A program made the position numbers and the translations under genes. A DNA stretch of 64,000 nt. Origin: Candidatus Uhrbacteria bacterium. Its GTDB lineage: Bacteria > Patescibacteriota > Patescibacteriia > UBA9934. The notes under the pieces were generated by a model. That model had not been told where the DNA came from, did no database searches, and was given only the letters and a program-made list of their open reading frames with translations. The stretch is taken from assembly GCA_943354605.1 (NCBI GenBank), contig CALRCK010000001.1, positions 84,936 through 148,935 of the forward strand, read 5' to 3'. This document shows positions 14,867 to 23,865 of this stretch, in pieces (position 1 is the first letter of the stretch; every line of letters starts with the position of its first letter).

Positions 14867-16048
14867 ATGGCAAACCCCAAGCCCCCTCCCGATCCCACTC
14901 GTGCCACGATTCTCGGCGAGGATCCGCCGCCTTCCGCCGTTCCTTCGGCAATCCCTATGCCGCCGAACGACCGTCCGGTGCGTCCGGTTCTGCGCCCGGT
15001 CGGTCCGTCCATCACGCCCGGTACCGCCGCATTCCCGCCGGAGATGATCGTGGACCTCTCGCGTCGCACGATGGTTCCCGAAGAGGAGTTCGTCGGCGCG
15101 CCGCCGATTCCCGCAGCGTTGGTGAACGCGCGTACGCTGGGCCTTGGCCCGGCGAAGGTCACCAACGTTCCGCCCCAGCCCCCGCCCGTCCTGCAGAAGG
15201 TTGCGCTCCGCATCACCACGCGGAACGTGCCCGATGCCAAGGCGGAGTCGTGGATCCAATCCCCGACGCCGCTGGGCAAGCCGGTGGCGGTCAACAGTCG
15301 CCTCGTTGCGGTGTTCATCGCTGCCCGGGTGACGAACTTCTTCCCAGGTGCGGAGCCGGGGACGATGATCGTGGAAGTGGATCTCGCGTTCGCCCCGATG
15401 ACGCCCGGCAAGGTGGCGGAGGACTGGGCGCTGCGCTACGCACAGAACGACGCCGAGCTTCAGAAGTCGCTCACCGCGGCCCTGTACATGGCGTTCTCCC
15501 GGCTTCCGCTCTGGCCGGGACTCATCGTTCGCTTCGTTGGTGGGCCGCCAATGACGCAGGCTGATGCGGATGCGAATCGCTACCACGTCTGGATCGACGA
15601 AGCTCGCTCGCCCACGCGGGTGGAGATCGACGACCGGTTCGTGGAAGCGGCTCGAGAGCAGGCGGAGAGTGCGTACCTCAAGGCGGAAGGCGGGCTCTTC
15701 ACCAGGCTGACGCTCATGTGGTGGGAGTGGAAGAACCCGCTTCGGCTCCGCGACTATCGCATGGGAAAACTCCTCGCCGAGCGCGACGATCTGTTGGAGC
15801 TCGACAAGAAGGAGCTGGAGGCACTCAAGACGGCACTTGCTGCGTACGCTGGCCCGGTCATCAGCAGCCAGAGCGCTGTCGCCTTCGGTGACGATCTCGA
15901 TGTGAGGGCGATGATGGAAGCCAAGGGTCGGCAGGGCGTGCGACCGACGGAGATCGAGCGGCCGGAGCCCCCGCGTCGGCCGACGTACCTGGAGCACGAG
16001 CCGCTCCCGGACGGTGCGATGGTTCCGCTCCCGGACGGCGAGGGCTAA
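14867..16048 (+). CDS. Pro-rich hypothetical protein (GC-rich block 2)
   Basis: The ORF is 393 aa, is visibly GC-rich and has a Pro-rich N-terminus. A sigma70-like promoter (TTGACT-17-TGAAAT) lies at about 14798-14830. Confidence 0.4.
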   Translation: MANPKPPPDPTRATILGEDPPPSAVPSAIPMPPNDRPVRPVLRPVGPSITPGTAAFPPEMIVDLSRRTMVPEEEFVGAPPIPAALVNARTLGLGPAKVTNVPPQPPPVLQKVALRITTRNVPDAKAESWIQSPTPLGKPVAVNSRLVAVFIAARVTNFFPGAEPGTMIVEVDLAFAPMTPGKVAEDWALRYAQNDAELQKSLTAALYMAFSRLPLWPGLIVRFVGGPPMTQADADANRYHVWIDEARSPTRVEIDDRFVEAAREQAESAYLKAEGGLFTRLTLMWWEWKNPLRLRDYRMGKLLAERDDLLELDKKELEALKTALAAYAGPVISSQSAVAFGDDLDVRAMMEAKGRQGVRPTEIERPEPPRRPTYLEHEPLPDGAMVPLPDGEG

Positions 16049-16050
16049 AG

Positions 16051-16104
16051 GTTCGGCAGTACGCGTGACACACGGGAGCCTGGCGCGTACGCGTGCCAGG
16101 CTCC
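16051..16104 (+). terminator. conserved 24-nt motif GTTCGGCAGTACGCGTGACACACG followed by a GC hairpin
   Basis: The motif starts 3 nt after the TAA stop. The hairpin is GGAGCCTGGCGCGTACGCGTGCCAGGCTCC, followed by TGCTTGTTT. Confidence 0.5.
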
Positions 16105-16150
16105 TGCTTGTTTGAAACGAAATTATCGGGCAGAATGGTGGGGTGTGAGG

Positions 16151-16264
16151 AGATAAGAACTTTCTCATTTCAGACCAGTTTCGGTGCGCAAGGAGCAAAG
16201 TTCGCGAGGCGTACTTCTCGGTACGTTGAGCGAATTTGCGACGCAGCAAGCCGAAAATGGGCGA
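16151..16264. repeat. repeat family R1, copy 2 (reverse orientation), immediately 5' of tRNA-Leu
   Basis: Its reverse complement aligns with 2954-3066, including the AACGTACCGAGAAGTACGCCTC hairpin block. Confidence 0.6.
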
Positions 16265-16283
16265 AATGACGAAGTTCTTGTGA

Positions 16284-16369
16284 GCCGAGATGGCGGAATG
16301 GTATACGCAAGACACTTAAAATGTCTGGATCGAAAGGTCATGCGGGTTCGACTCCCGCTCTTGGCACCA
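16284..16369 (+). tRNA. tRNA-Leu (anticodon TAA)
   Basis: The cloverleaf was folded by hand. The acceptor is GCCGAGA/TCTTGGC, the anticodon stem AGACA/TGTCT with loop CTTAAAA, a long variable arm, a T-loop TTCGACT, and an encoded CCA. Confidence 0.8.
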
Positions 16370-16436
16370 GAAACGCATCGCCGAAAGGCGGTGTTTTTCT
16401 TTTCTGTGTGTTTCCTTTTGTGATAAGGTTTCATTA

Positions 16437-16907
16437 TTGATTCCCCGTATGAACAAAATCCTTACCTTGTGTGTGATCGCCGAACCGCATCGTGTGTTGC
16501 TTGGCATGAAGAAGCGCGGATTTGGGGCAGGGAAGTGGAATGGATTTGGAGGAAAGGTTGCAGAGGGCGAGTCCATTGAAGACGCGGCAAGGCGGGAAGT
16601 TACCGAAGAGTGCAGCCTCGTCGTCGAATCGATGAGCGCTGGCGGTGTTCTCGAATTTACGTTTGAAGGTCAGGATGGAATTCTCGAGGTTCACCTGTTC
16701 CGCGTGGATCGGTGGCACGGCGATGTCGTCGAGTCTGAAGAAATGCGGCCGCAATGGTTCGCGATCGAAGACATTCCGTATACGGAGATGTGGCCGGACG
16801 ATACATTTTGGTTGCCGGCGTTTTTAGAAGGAAAAACATGTAGCGGTGCGTTTCATTTTGCGCCAGACGGATCAATCGCGCGCCAGACGCTTACGATCGG
16901 AGAGTAA
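16437..16907 (+). CDS. NUDIX hydrolase (MutT/MTH1-like 8-oxo-dGTP diphosphatase candidate)
   Basis: It carries the Nudix box GKWNGFGGKVAEGESIEDAARREVTEECSL. Confidence 0.7.
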   Translation: MIPRMNKILTLCVIAEPHRVLLGMKKRGFGAGKWNGFGGKVAEGESIEDAARREVTEECSLVVESMSAGGVLEFTFEGQDGILEVHLFRVDRWHGDVVESEEMRPQWFAIEDIPYTEMWPDDTFWLPAFLEGKTCSGAFHFAPDGSIARQTLTIGE

Positions 16908-16921
16908 ATATATGGAATCAA

Positions 16922-17388
16922 CCGACCGCTATCGTCCAAACGCTGCGCTATTGCTCACCGACGGCCACGGCCGCGTGTTGTGCTGTGAGCGACACGACGA
17001 CACGTACGGCGATGCGCTGCAGATCGTTCAGGGCGGAATCGATGACGGGGAGAGCGTGATCGACGCAGCACTACGCGAAGCGTCGGAGGAGCTTGGCGTC
17101 GATCCGTCGGTGATCACAATTCTCGGAACGATGGAGAAGGCCTTTCGCTATCGTTGGGACGACGCGTATATCGCAAAATTTCCTGGTGGTTTCGTCGGTC
17201 AAGAACAGCATTATGTGTTTGGTCAGATGGAGCCGGGCACGCCGATGAACTTGGATGCACATCATCGCGAATTTGTTCGCGTGTATTGGGGGAGTCCGCA
17301 GGAACTCATCGAAGGCTGTTGGGAAATGAAACGGCCCGGGCTTATTGCTGCGCTACAGTATTTTGGATTGTTGGACGTGAAATTTTGA
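16922..17388 (+). CDS. NUDIX hydrolase (RppH/NudH-like)
   Basis: The start is MESTDRYRPNAALLL, and the Nudix box is QIVQGGIDDGESVIDAALREASEELGV. Confidence 0.65.
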
Positions 17389-18413
17389 GCGTGAAAGGCA
17401 GGTCGTGTGCGGTAAGAACCTTCGCTGCATCGTCGGCATTCATGAGTGTGACGTGTTCTTTGGAATCGGAGACTGGAACAAACGTCATCGTGATGGAATT
17501 GGTGTCGATGTCAAAGCCGAGTGTGAGGCCTTGTTGTGTTGGAATGCTCCAGTCTTGATCAAAGAGGAAGTTACCGAGGGAGTAGATAATCGGAACTCCT
17601 TTGTAGTTTTCGTAGGTTTGAATGACATGAGGATGCGCGCCGATGATCGCATCGGCGCCGGAATCGATGAAGAGATGGGCAGCATCAGTTTGCGCACTGC
17701 TCGGCGTGTCTTGATATTCGTTTCCCCAATGCGGGAAGACGATCACGAAGTTGCCCGCAGCTTTTTCTGCTTTGATCGCATCAACGATCGATTCTGGTTC
17801 CTCGCCGAATACATGAAAGCCGATGAAGGAAATCGAAATACCGTTGATCGTTGCGTGTCCAATAAAATCCTTGCTGGTGTACGGATCGCCGAACGGTGTC
17901 ATGCCGAGGTCCACGATTGTACTTCGAGTAGACGCAACAACTGCCGATCCGTAGTTGTCACTATGATTATTTGAGAGCGAAACGAAATCAACACCGGCAT
18001 CAGCAACAGTTTTTGCAATCGTTGGCGTCGTGTCGAACGTGAATCCGTCGAGTTCTTGATTTGGCGCGTTCCGGATCGTGCCTTCGAAGTTTCCAATGGT
18101 GAGATCTGGTGCAGAAAGATACTCAGCGATATCGCTGAGCGGATATTCGAGATTCGTTTTTCCAATTCTCCATTCCACGCCGCGAGCGAGCATGATGTCG
18201 CCGATGAAGAGGAGTCGCGCAACGGATGGTGTAGAGACGTCCCCGCTGGGGCGTCTCGAATCTTTGAGCGCGTTTGATTGTTCGATCCGGAATTGTTCGA
18301 TCGGCAAGAACGATGGCAACACAATCGTCCCAAGAACTGCGCCTATCGAAAAGACGCAGGTGAGGTACAGATTCATGAATGCGATGGATCGGGTGGGGAG
18401 CATGGAAAGGATG
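17342..18413 (-). CDS. CapA/PgsA-family metallophosphoesterase (poly-gamma-glutamate capsule synthesis-like)
   Basis: It has an N-terminal TM helix and a calcineurin-like fold with the motifs GDIMLARG, GNFEG, NNHSDNYG and HPHVIQ. The start was set downstream of the tRNA-Gly, which overlaps the longer ORF. Confidence 0.6.
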
Positions 18414-18423
18414 ATAGCAGAGA

Positions 18424-18453
18424 ACAAAAAAACCCGACCGGAGTCGGGATTTT
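18424..18453. terminator. bidirectional stem-loop terminator
   Basis: AAAAAACCCGACCGGAGTCGGGATTTTTT. Confidence 0.55.
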
Positions 18454-18528
<75 letters not shown>

Positions 18529-18618
18529 CATTTCGCTCGTTTCTTGCCGCAAAACTATATCACGGGGCTTTTTCTTGGTCAACGGCAACGCCGCCCGATT
18601 CGGGCGGCGTTTGAAGGG

Positions 18619-19230
18619 TTACGATTTCAGAATGAGTCGCGTGTATCCTCGCTCAAGGCGAGAAATACGTTCCTCGTGATCGCGTTGAACCGGGACGAGG
18701 GGCTCGAGAATGGTGGAGATTGAATTGACTTCAGTTGCGATGGTTTCGAGAAGTTCATCGTGATGATCGAACCGCTGTTCATGACGCCGCAATGTTTCTT
18801 GGACGTCATTCACTTCAGTCGCGACAGCCTCGAGAAGTCCGTCATGGTGATCGAATCGTTGCTCATGGCGTCGCAATGTTTCTTGGACGCCGTTCACTTC
18901 TGTTGCGACAGTCTCGATGAGATCGTCGAGGTGATCAATTTTTTGGTCGAGATGATCAAATTGTTGATCGATCGCAGTGAACCGTCCGTCGAACCCATTG
19001 AGTCGCATATCAATACCATCAAGCCGCGTATCAATGCCCTCGAATCGCGCATCTGCCGCGTCGAACCTTGCATCCGTCGCGTCAAATCGCGTATCGATGC
19101 CGTCGAATCGCACGTGGATTCCATCAAATCGTTTTTCATGGCCATCGAATCGGTTTCGGACTTCATCGCGAAACTCTGTGAGAAGTTCCACCATTTCTTT
19201 TTTGGTGATTGGCGTTTGGTCGAACGTCAT
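18619..19230 (-). CDS. tandem-repeat protein (eight-residue xRFDGIDT repeats plus ~22-residue ETLRRHEQRFDHHDxLLExxATEVN repeats)
   Basis: It is 203 aa. The repeats are also visible at the DNA level: 24-nt units at about 18980-19130 and ~66-nt units at about 18730-18900. A terminator hairpin lies at 18585-18612. Confidence 0.45.
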   Translation of the reverse strand: MTFDQTPITKKEMVELLTEFRDEVRNRFDGHEKRFDGIHVRFDGIDTRFDATDARFDAADARFEGIDTRLDGIDMRLNGFDGRFTAIDQQFDHLDQKIDHLDDLIETVATEVNGVQETLRRHEQRFDHHDGLLEAVATEVNDVQETLRRHEQRFDHHDELLETIATEVNSISTILEPLVPVQRDHEERISRLERGYTRLILKS

Positions 19231-19268
19231 ATGTTCGCACTATAGCAACATCCCATATGGTCGTGAAG

Positions 19269-19496
19269 TTAGGTTGCGAGTGCGAGTTTTGGCGCACGAG
19301 CTTCCATGGCTTTCTGTTTTAAGTACCATCCAATGGCGCCTTTACTTCCGGCCCGGAACTGATCCTTCGCCACCGTCAGCACAAACGTTTCGATGTCGTT
19401 TGCGATGTCTTCTGGCATGTCGTGCTTTTTCATGAGTGCATGAAAGTTGTCTTGGAGAATGGCGAGCCATCCCTTTTGGTATTGTCCGTCGCTCAT
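19269..19496 (-). CDS. small hypothetical protein (75 aa) translationally coupled to the upstream surface-protein gene
   Basis: The start MSDGQYQKGW overlaps the stop of 19493..21994 (ATGA). Confidence 0.3.
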   Translation of the reverse strand: MSDGQYQKGWLAILQDNFHALMKKHDMPEDIANDIETFVLTVAKDQFRAGSKGAIGWYLKQKAMEARAPKLALAT

Positions 19497-21994
19497 ACGG
19501 TGGTTGGGTGAAGAATAAGGTTTGACGTTCGTGCTTTTGGCCGGGTGTACCAGATCCATGCACCAAATCCGGCGCTCCCGAGTGCGAGCAGGGCAGCAGT
19601 CATCCAAAGTAGTGATGACGACGATGCCGTTGTTCCCGCGACTGTTGCGGACGAGATCGGCTCGTTGTTCTGCTGCTGCGCGACGTCGGCGGCGGATCGA
19701 AGAATGATGGTTTCTTGATCGCTGTGCTTCAGAATTCCTGTTGCGGTAATTGTTTGACCAGCAAGATCAGCCCACGCGATTGTTGCCCCGCTTCCTGCGG
19801 CGAGTTTGATCGTGCCAGAATTGGTATTCAGCAGTACGGCGTTGCCATCTCGAGCACTGACGGTTCCAGTAATGCGGGCAAGACTGCCGTACGGAAGCGT
19901 TGATGCGTAGTCGTGCACGATTGGTGTGGATTGATCGATGACCTCGACTGCGCCTTCTCGGACATTTACGCGACGATGATCAGTGAGCACACTCACTTTG
20001 CCGGCAACGGTGACACGGTCGCCGATCTTTACGTCGGCAAGATCGCCGCTCCGCTGATAGATTTCAAGACCGTCAAGGAAGAATGATCGCTTTCCGATCG
20101 TTCCCGGAGCCGCAACAACGATTCCGTCGATTGTTGCTTTTGCGCCATCGGTGAGCGTCGCGATGTCGTCGATGGTGATGGACCGTACAGATGACTTCGA
20201 TCGTGCTGAACTTTTCTTTACTGTTATTTTTGGTTTCGCAGTTTTCGATATCGCCGATGCGGTGTTTACGCTGTTTGCAATTGAAGCCGGATCAGCGGTT
20301 GCGACGCTTTGGACTGCGGCAACCACATGACGCGCGACAGTCGATGGAGCGCTTGATGAATGAGTTGATTCATAGGAATTGGTTGTGACTGTGGCCTGTT
20401 TGGTTGTCGTGACCGTTGTAGTGCCAGCATAAAGCGTTGGTGAGAGGGTTGGAATAATGGTTGTGGTGGTTTGCGGTGCTGTCGTTGTGCTCATGTTTTT
20501 CGCGGCTGGTGTTGGTGTCGCAGCGATCCACACTCCGTTGATCCGAGCGAGCGAAACATCTTTTTTTGGTGCAGGATGTGTTGCGTCGCCGTAGCTCACT
20601 GAATCAAGAGTTGTTGAGCTGTTCATCAATGTCACGCTATCGGCACCGTTATTGAGTTTACCGTTTGGATTTGGGATGAGGGTGTAGCTGCCTACGCCGA
20701 TTGTGCCACTGAGGGAGGTGACCTTTCCCGAGGCGTCAACGAGTGTGAGGCCGTCAATGAGTAAGGAAGCGTTCGTCATGTTTTCAAGCTCGACCCACTC
20801 GTCGTTTCCGGCGCTTGGTGATGGGAGAAGTTCGCTGATGATCACATCGCCGATCTTGGCGGTTGATGGTGGAGATGCCGGTACGTCGGGGGTTGGTGTA
20901 ACAGGTTTCGGTGACGAAATGATTGCTGCAGCAACAGGCTCAAGTGTTTTCATAGCGACGACTGAGACATTCACGACTGGAGTTTCAGCAACAGCCGGAG
21001 ATTCTGCCGCAACACCTGGGGTGTCGACGATAGTTGGAGCTTCTAGAATTGTCGGTGTTTCAATTGTTGACGTTGCGAGCTGTTCGTCGACAGCCGGAGC
21101 GGGAGTGTTTGTTGATGTTGAAGGTGAATCAGAAACAACAGGATCGATATCGACCGTTGGAGGGGCGCTCGGCTGCGAAGGAGTGGAATTGTCGAGCGAT
21201 GTATCGGCGACGTTCGCATCGGTAATCGCATCAGTTGGAACGGATGCTTGTGCATTTGTGACGACGGGTTCGACCGAATCCGATGTCACGAGCGTTTCGA
21301 TTGGCGCGGTTTCCGTTGCGGCGGGATCGGGGGCGGGAGATTCTGCAAGAACGGTATTGGGAGCAGGCGCTGTTGTTGCTGCTGAATCGGTTGTTGGCGC
21401 AAGCGGGATTGGATCAGCCGGGGGAGCGGTCGGCGACGCTGCTTCCACGGATGCTGATGTCGTGGCCGATGCATGGAAGATATTCGTTGATGCAGTTTCG
21501 GTGAACCACGTTCTCGATATTAGATCGCGTTTCATCGTAGAGAACGTGGTCGACGACCCAAAGTTCGGCGCGCCAGGATCAACGAGCGAATCGACGACGG
21601 TACCGGTAGCATCGACAAGTGCGACGTTTAGGCTCGAATTCGGGATACTCACGGTAGTGGTAACGAGATCGGGCTTTACGATGAGCGCTGTCTTTGGATC
21701 GGTCATCGAATAGTTCGCGACGAGGTATGCCGATCCAGCCGCGATTGAGCTCGCGCTCGGGATGGTGATCGCCGAACCGCTCGTTCCAACGCCGGTCAGC
21801 GACCAGCCGCTTACGTCGAGAGCTTGGGAACCAATGTTCCGGATTTCAATCCATTCATCAGCCGTCGATTTTTCCGATCCTGCCCACGCGATTTCCGAGA
21901 TGATTGCGCTTGGTGGTTCGGCCGCTCGGACATTGGGTAGAGCAGGCACAACGGACAACGCGAGGAGGAGTCCCAGGGCATATGAGTGTTTCAT
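19493..21994 (-). CDS. large cell-surface protein with two lamin-tail-like (LTD) domains, Thr/Pro/Ser-rich linkers and a C-terminal TM anchor
   Basis: It has a signal peptide MKHSYALGLLLALSVVPALPNVRA. The first LTD signature is IISEIAWAGS…DEWIEIRN…GWSL and the second is IISELLPSPSAGNDEWVELEN. The C-terminus carries the hydrophobic helix LLWMTAALLALGSAGFGAWIWY. Confidence 0.55.
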   Translation of the reverse strand: MKHSYALGLLLALSVVPALPNVRAAEPPSAIISEIAWAGSEKSTADEWIEIRNIGSQALDVSGWSLTGVGTSGSAITIPSASSIAAGSAYLVANYSMTDPKTALIVKPDLVTTTVSIPNSSLNVALVDATGTVVDSLVDPGAPNFGSSTTFSTMKRDLISRTWFTETASTNIFHASATTSASVEAASPTAPPADPIPLAPTTDSAATTAPAPNTVLAESPAPDPAATETAPIETLVTSDSVEPVVTNAQASVPTDAITDANVADTSLDNSTPSQPSAPPTVDIDPVVSDSPSTSTNTPAPAVDEQLATSTIETPTILEAPTIVDTPGVAAESPAVAETPVVNVSVVAMKTLEPVAAAIISSPKPVTPTPDVPASPPSTAKIGDVIISELLPSPSAGNDEWVELENMTNASLLIDGLTLVDASGKVTSLSGTIGVGSYTLIPNPNGKLNNGADSVTLMNSSTTLDSVSYGDATHPAPKKDVSLARINGVWIAATPTPAAKNMSTTTAPQTTTTIIPTLSPTLYAGTTTVTTTKQATVTTNSYESTHSSSAPSTVARHVVAAVQSVATADPASIANSVNTASAISKTAKPKITVKKSSARSKSSVRSITIDDIATLTDGAKATIDGIVVAAPGTIGKRSFFLDGLEIYQRSGDLADVKIGDRVTVAGKVSVLTDHRRVNVREGAVEVIDQSTPIVHDYASTLPYGSLARITGTVSARDGNAVLLNTNSGTIKLAAGSGATIAWADLAGQTITATGILKHSDQETIILRSAADVAQQQNNEPISSATVAGTTASSSSLLWMTAALLALGSAGFGAWIWYTRPKARTSNLILHPTTV

Positions 21995-22301
21995 AAAGGG
22001 TTAGACGCAGCGTGTTGCGCTGATCACACGCAATACATTCTGCAGAAATAAGCACGAGTACCCGCGGCAAACAAAATTCCCCACAAGCCCTTGTTCAGGG
22101 GTTGTGGGGAGTTGCTTGTACCTCCACAGTGCCATATTTGGTGTTCAGCTTCAAGAAGAATGCATGGGATAAATCATCCATTTTCATTCGCTAATCACCG
22201 AATTCATTATCCACGAACACCAAGAGTCGTCAGAAAAACCGCAAAAACTTCCGTTCCTCATTTTGCGAGAACTTCCAGGTTCGGTATGATGCTTTTCGCA
22301 T

Positions 22302-22386
22302 GGGTAGATGGTGGAATTGGTATACACGTATGCCTTAGGAGCATATGCAGCAATGCATGAGAGTTCGAGTCTCTCTCTACCCACCA
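22302..22386 (+). tRNA. tRNA-Leu (anticodon TAG)
   Basis: Folded by hand. The acceptor is GGGTAGA/TCTACCC, the anticodon stem TATGC/GCATA with loop CTTAGGA, the variable arm TGCAGCAATGCA, the T-arm GAGAG-TTCGAGT-CTCTC, and the 3' end ACCA. Confidence 0.75.
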
Positions 22387-22395
22387 AAGAATTTT

Positions 22396-22962
22396 ATGAA
22401 CTGCATCATTATTCACGGCTGTCCGTCGGATGAGGAGAAGGCGATGAATCCGGAGACTCGGACGTTTGATAAACATTGGTTGAAGTGGTCGCAACGCGAG
22501 TTGATTGCTGCAGGAATTCCAACAGAGAATCCAATGATGCCGAATCCGTGGAAGCCCGATTACGAGGTGTACAAAAAAATATTCGAGCAGCATCACATCA
22601 ACGAGCACACCGTTCTCGTCGGGCATAGCTGTGGGAGCGCTTTTCTTGTTCGATGGCTTGGAGACACGAAGCGCAACATCGGCAAGCTGATCCTTGTCGC
22701 CCCATGGAAAATTCCAGACCCCACTGACGAATTGCGCATGGCGTTGTATACCTACGATATTGATGAAACCATCAAAGATCGGGTGAAAAAGATTGTAATT
22801 TTTACATCAGACAACGAGGAAGAAGATGGAAAAAAGAGTGCAGAGATTTTCCACAACGCTCTTGGCGGCGAAGTCATCAATCTTCCGAATCACGGACACT
22901 ATTGCCTGGACGACATGGGAACGGAAGCGTTTCCGGAGCTATTGAAAACAATTCTTGAATAA
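22396..22962 (+). CDS. alpha/beta serine hydrolase (RBBP9/YdeN-like family)
   Basis: It carries the nucleophile elbow motif VLVGHSCGS and is about 189 aa. Its paralogue lies at 23866..24459. Confidence 0.55.
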   Translation: MNCIIIHGCPSDEEKAMNPETRTFDKHWLKWSQRELIAAGIPTENPMMPNPWKPDYEVYKKIFEQHHINEHTVLVGHSCGSAFLVRWLGDTKRNIGKLILVAPWKIPDPTDELRMALYTYDIDETIKDRVKKIVIFTSDNEEEDGKKSAEIFHNALGGEVINLPNHGHYCLDDMGTEAFPELLKTILE

Positions 22963-23054
22963 AAGTTTTACAAAACCAAAGCGCGGTCGCTCTCACAGGA
23001 TTGCTCCCGGAGTGCGACCGCGCCGTGCGTCTGCGGTGCGTTCAGCCTGACGTG

Positions 23055-23768
23055 TCAGATGCTCTTCGCGAAGTCCGTGAAGATCTCGCGGTACGCATCG
23101 ACCAGCGCCTGGCCGCCCTCCTGCTCCCGACGGAGCCGCCACTGCAGGGCGAGCGGATCGGTGAACCAGGCGGCGTGCGCTGCGGTGCCGAACGCCGCGT
23201 TCGCTGCCGTATAGGCCGCGTGGTCCGCGTCGTTCCAGTGCATCATCGCACCGTCGAACGTACTCGACGCCATCATCGCCTTGTCTGCCGCCGCTTCCGC
23301 CAGCCAGAGCTTGCGAAGTTCGGGCGGGACGGTCATCGTGAAGTCCTGGATGAGGAGGCCCAGGTACGTGCGGATCTCGACGAGCTTCTGCCGGTCTGCG
23401 AGGAGCATGGAGCCGAGCACGAACGGTTTCAGCTTGCGGTACGTCGCGCGCACGTTGGCCGGGTTCGAGAGGAACTTCCGCTCCTTCTCGCGCATGGCGT
23501 AGTCTGCGCCGTCGGCGTTCGGGTTGTCCTCGAGCATGTACACGTTGTACACGAGCATGTTGCTCGTTTCCGTGAGCGTGCCATGGCTGCACAGCGGCGA
23601 CCACCGCTCCTTGAATTCGGGGATTTGTGCAGCGACGGGGTCCGTGTCGCATCCGATGTTGAGCGGCAGACCGTGTCCGGTCATGAACGCATCGGCGACG
23701 TGCTCGGCGAGCTGCTCTTCGCGGGTGGGTGCGGTGGAGAAGGCGGAGGTGAGGAGGAGAATGAGCAT
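23055..23768 (-). CDS. secreted hypothetical protein (GC-rich block 3)
   Basis: The start is MLILLLTSAFSTA, which looks like a signal peptide. It is visibly GC-rich and I recognise no domain. Confidence 0.4.
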   Translation of the reverse strand: MLILLLTSAFSTAPTREEQLAEHVADAFMTGHGLPLNIGCDTDPVAAQIPEFKERWSPLCSHGTLTETSNMLVYNVYMLEDNPNADGADYAMREKERKFLSNPANVRATYRKLKPFVLGSMLLADRQKLVEIRTYLGLLIQDFTMTVPPELRKLWLAEAAADKAMMASSTFDGAMMHWNDADHAAYTAANAAFGTAAHAAWFTDPLALQWRLRREQEGGQALVDAYREIFTDFAKSI

Positions 23769-23865
23769 GAGTGGCCCTGGGTTGCACAAAGAAAATAGCA
23801 AATATAAGCGAAAAAGTCAACTCTTTCGTTTGCGAAACGATTAATCTGCCGTATAGTGTTCCGGT

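Noticed and set aside
14401-16315. ORFs 14401..15564 (+), 14788..15411 (-) and 14852..16315 (-) in GC-rich block 2
   Set aside because: These are shadow ORFs in a high-GC block with Arg/Pro/Gly-rich translations. 14852..16315 additionally runs through repeat R1 copy 2, the source of the RTEKYAS peptide. The 14867..16048 (+) frame is the protein-like one.
18720-19140. Tandem DNA repeats (24-nt and ~66-nt units) as a possible CRISPR array
   Set aside because: The repeats are contiguous without unique spacers, they are in-frame within one ORF, and they translate to a periodic protein. They are coding tandem repeats, not CRISPR.
22200-22300. Additional tRNA or ncRNA in the promoter region upstream of tRNA-Leu(TAG)
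   Set aside because: There is only one cloverleaf-compatible segment, at 22302-22386. The rest lacks acceptor and T-arm complementarity.
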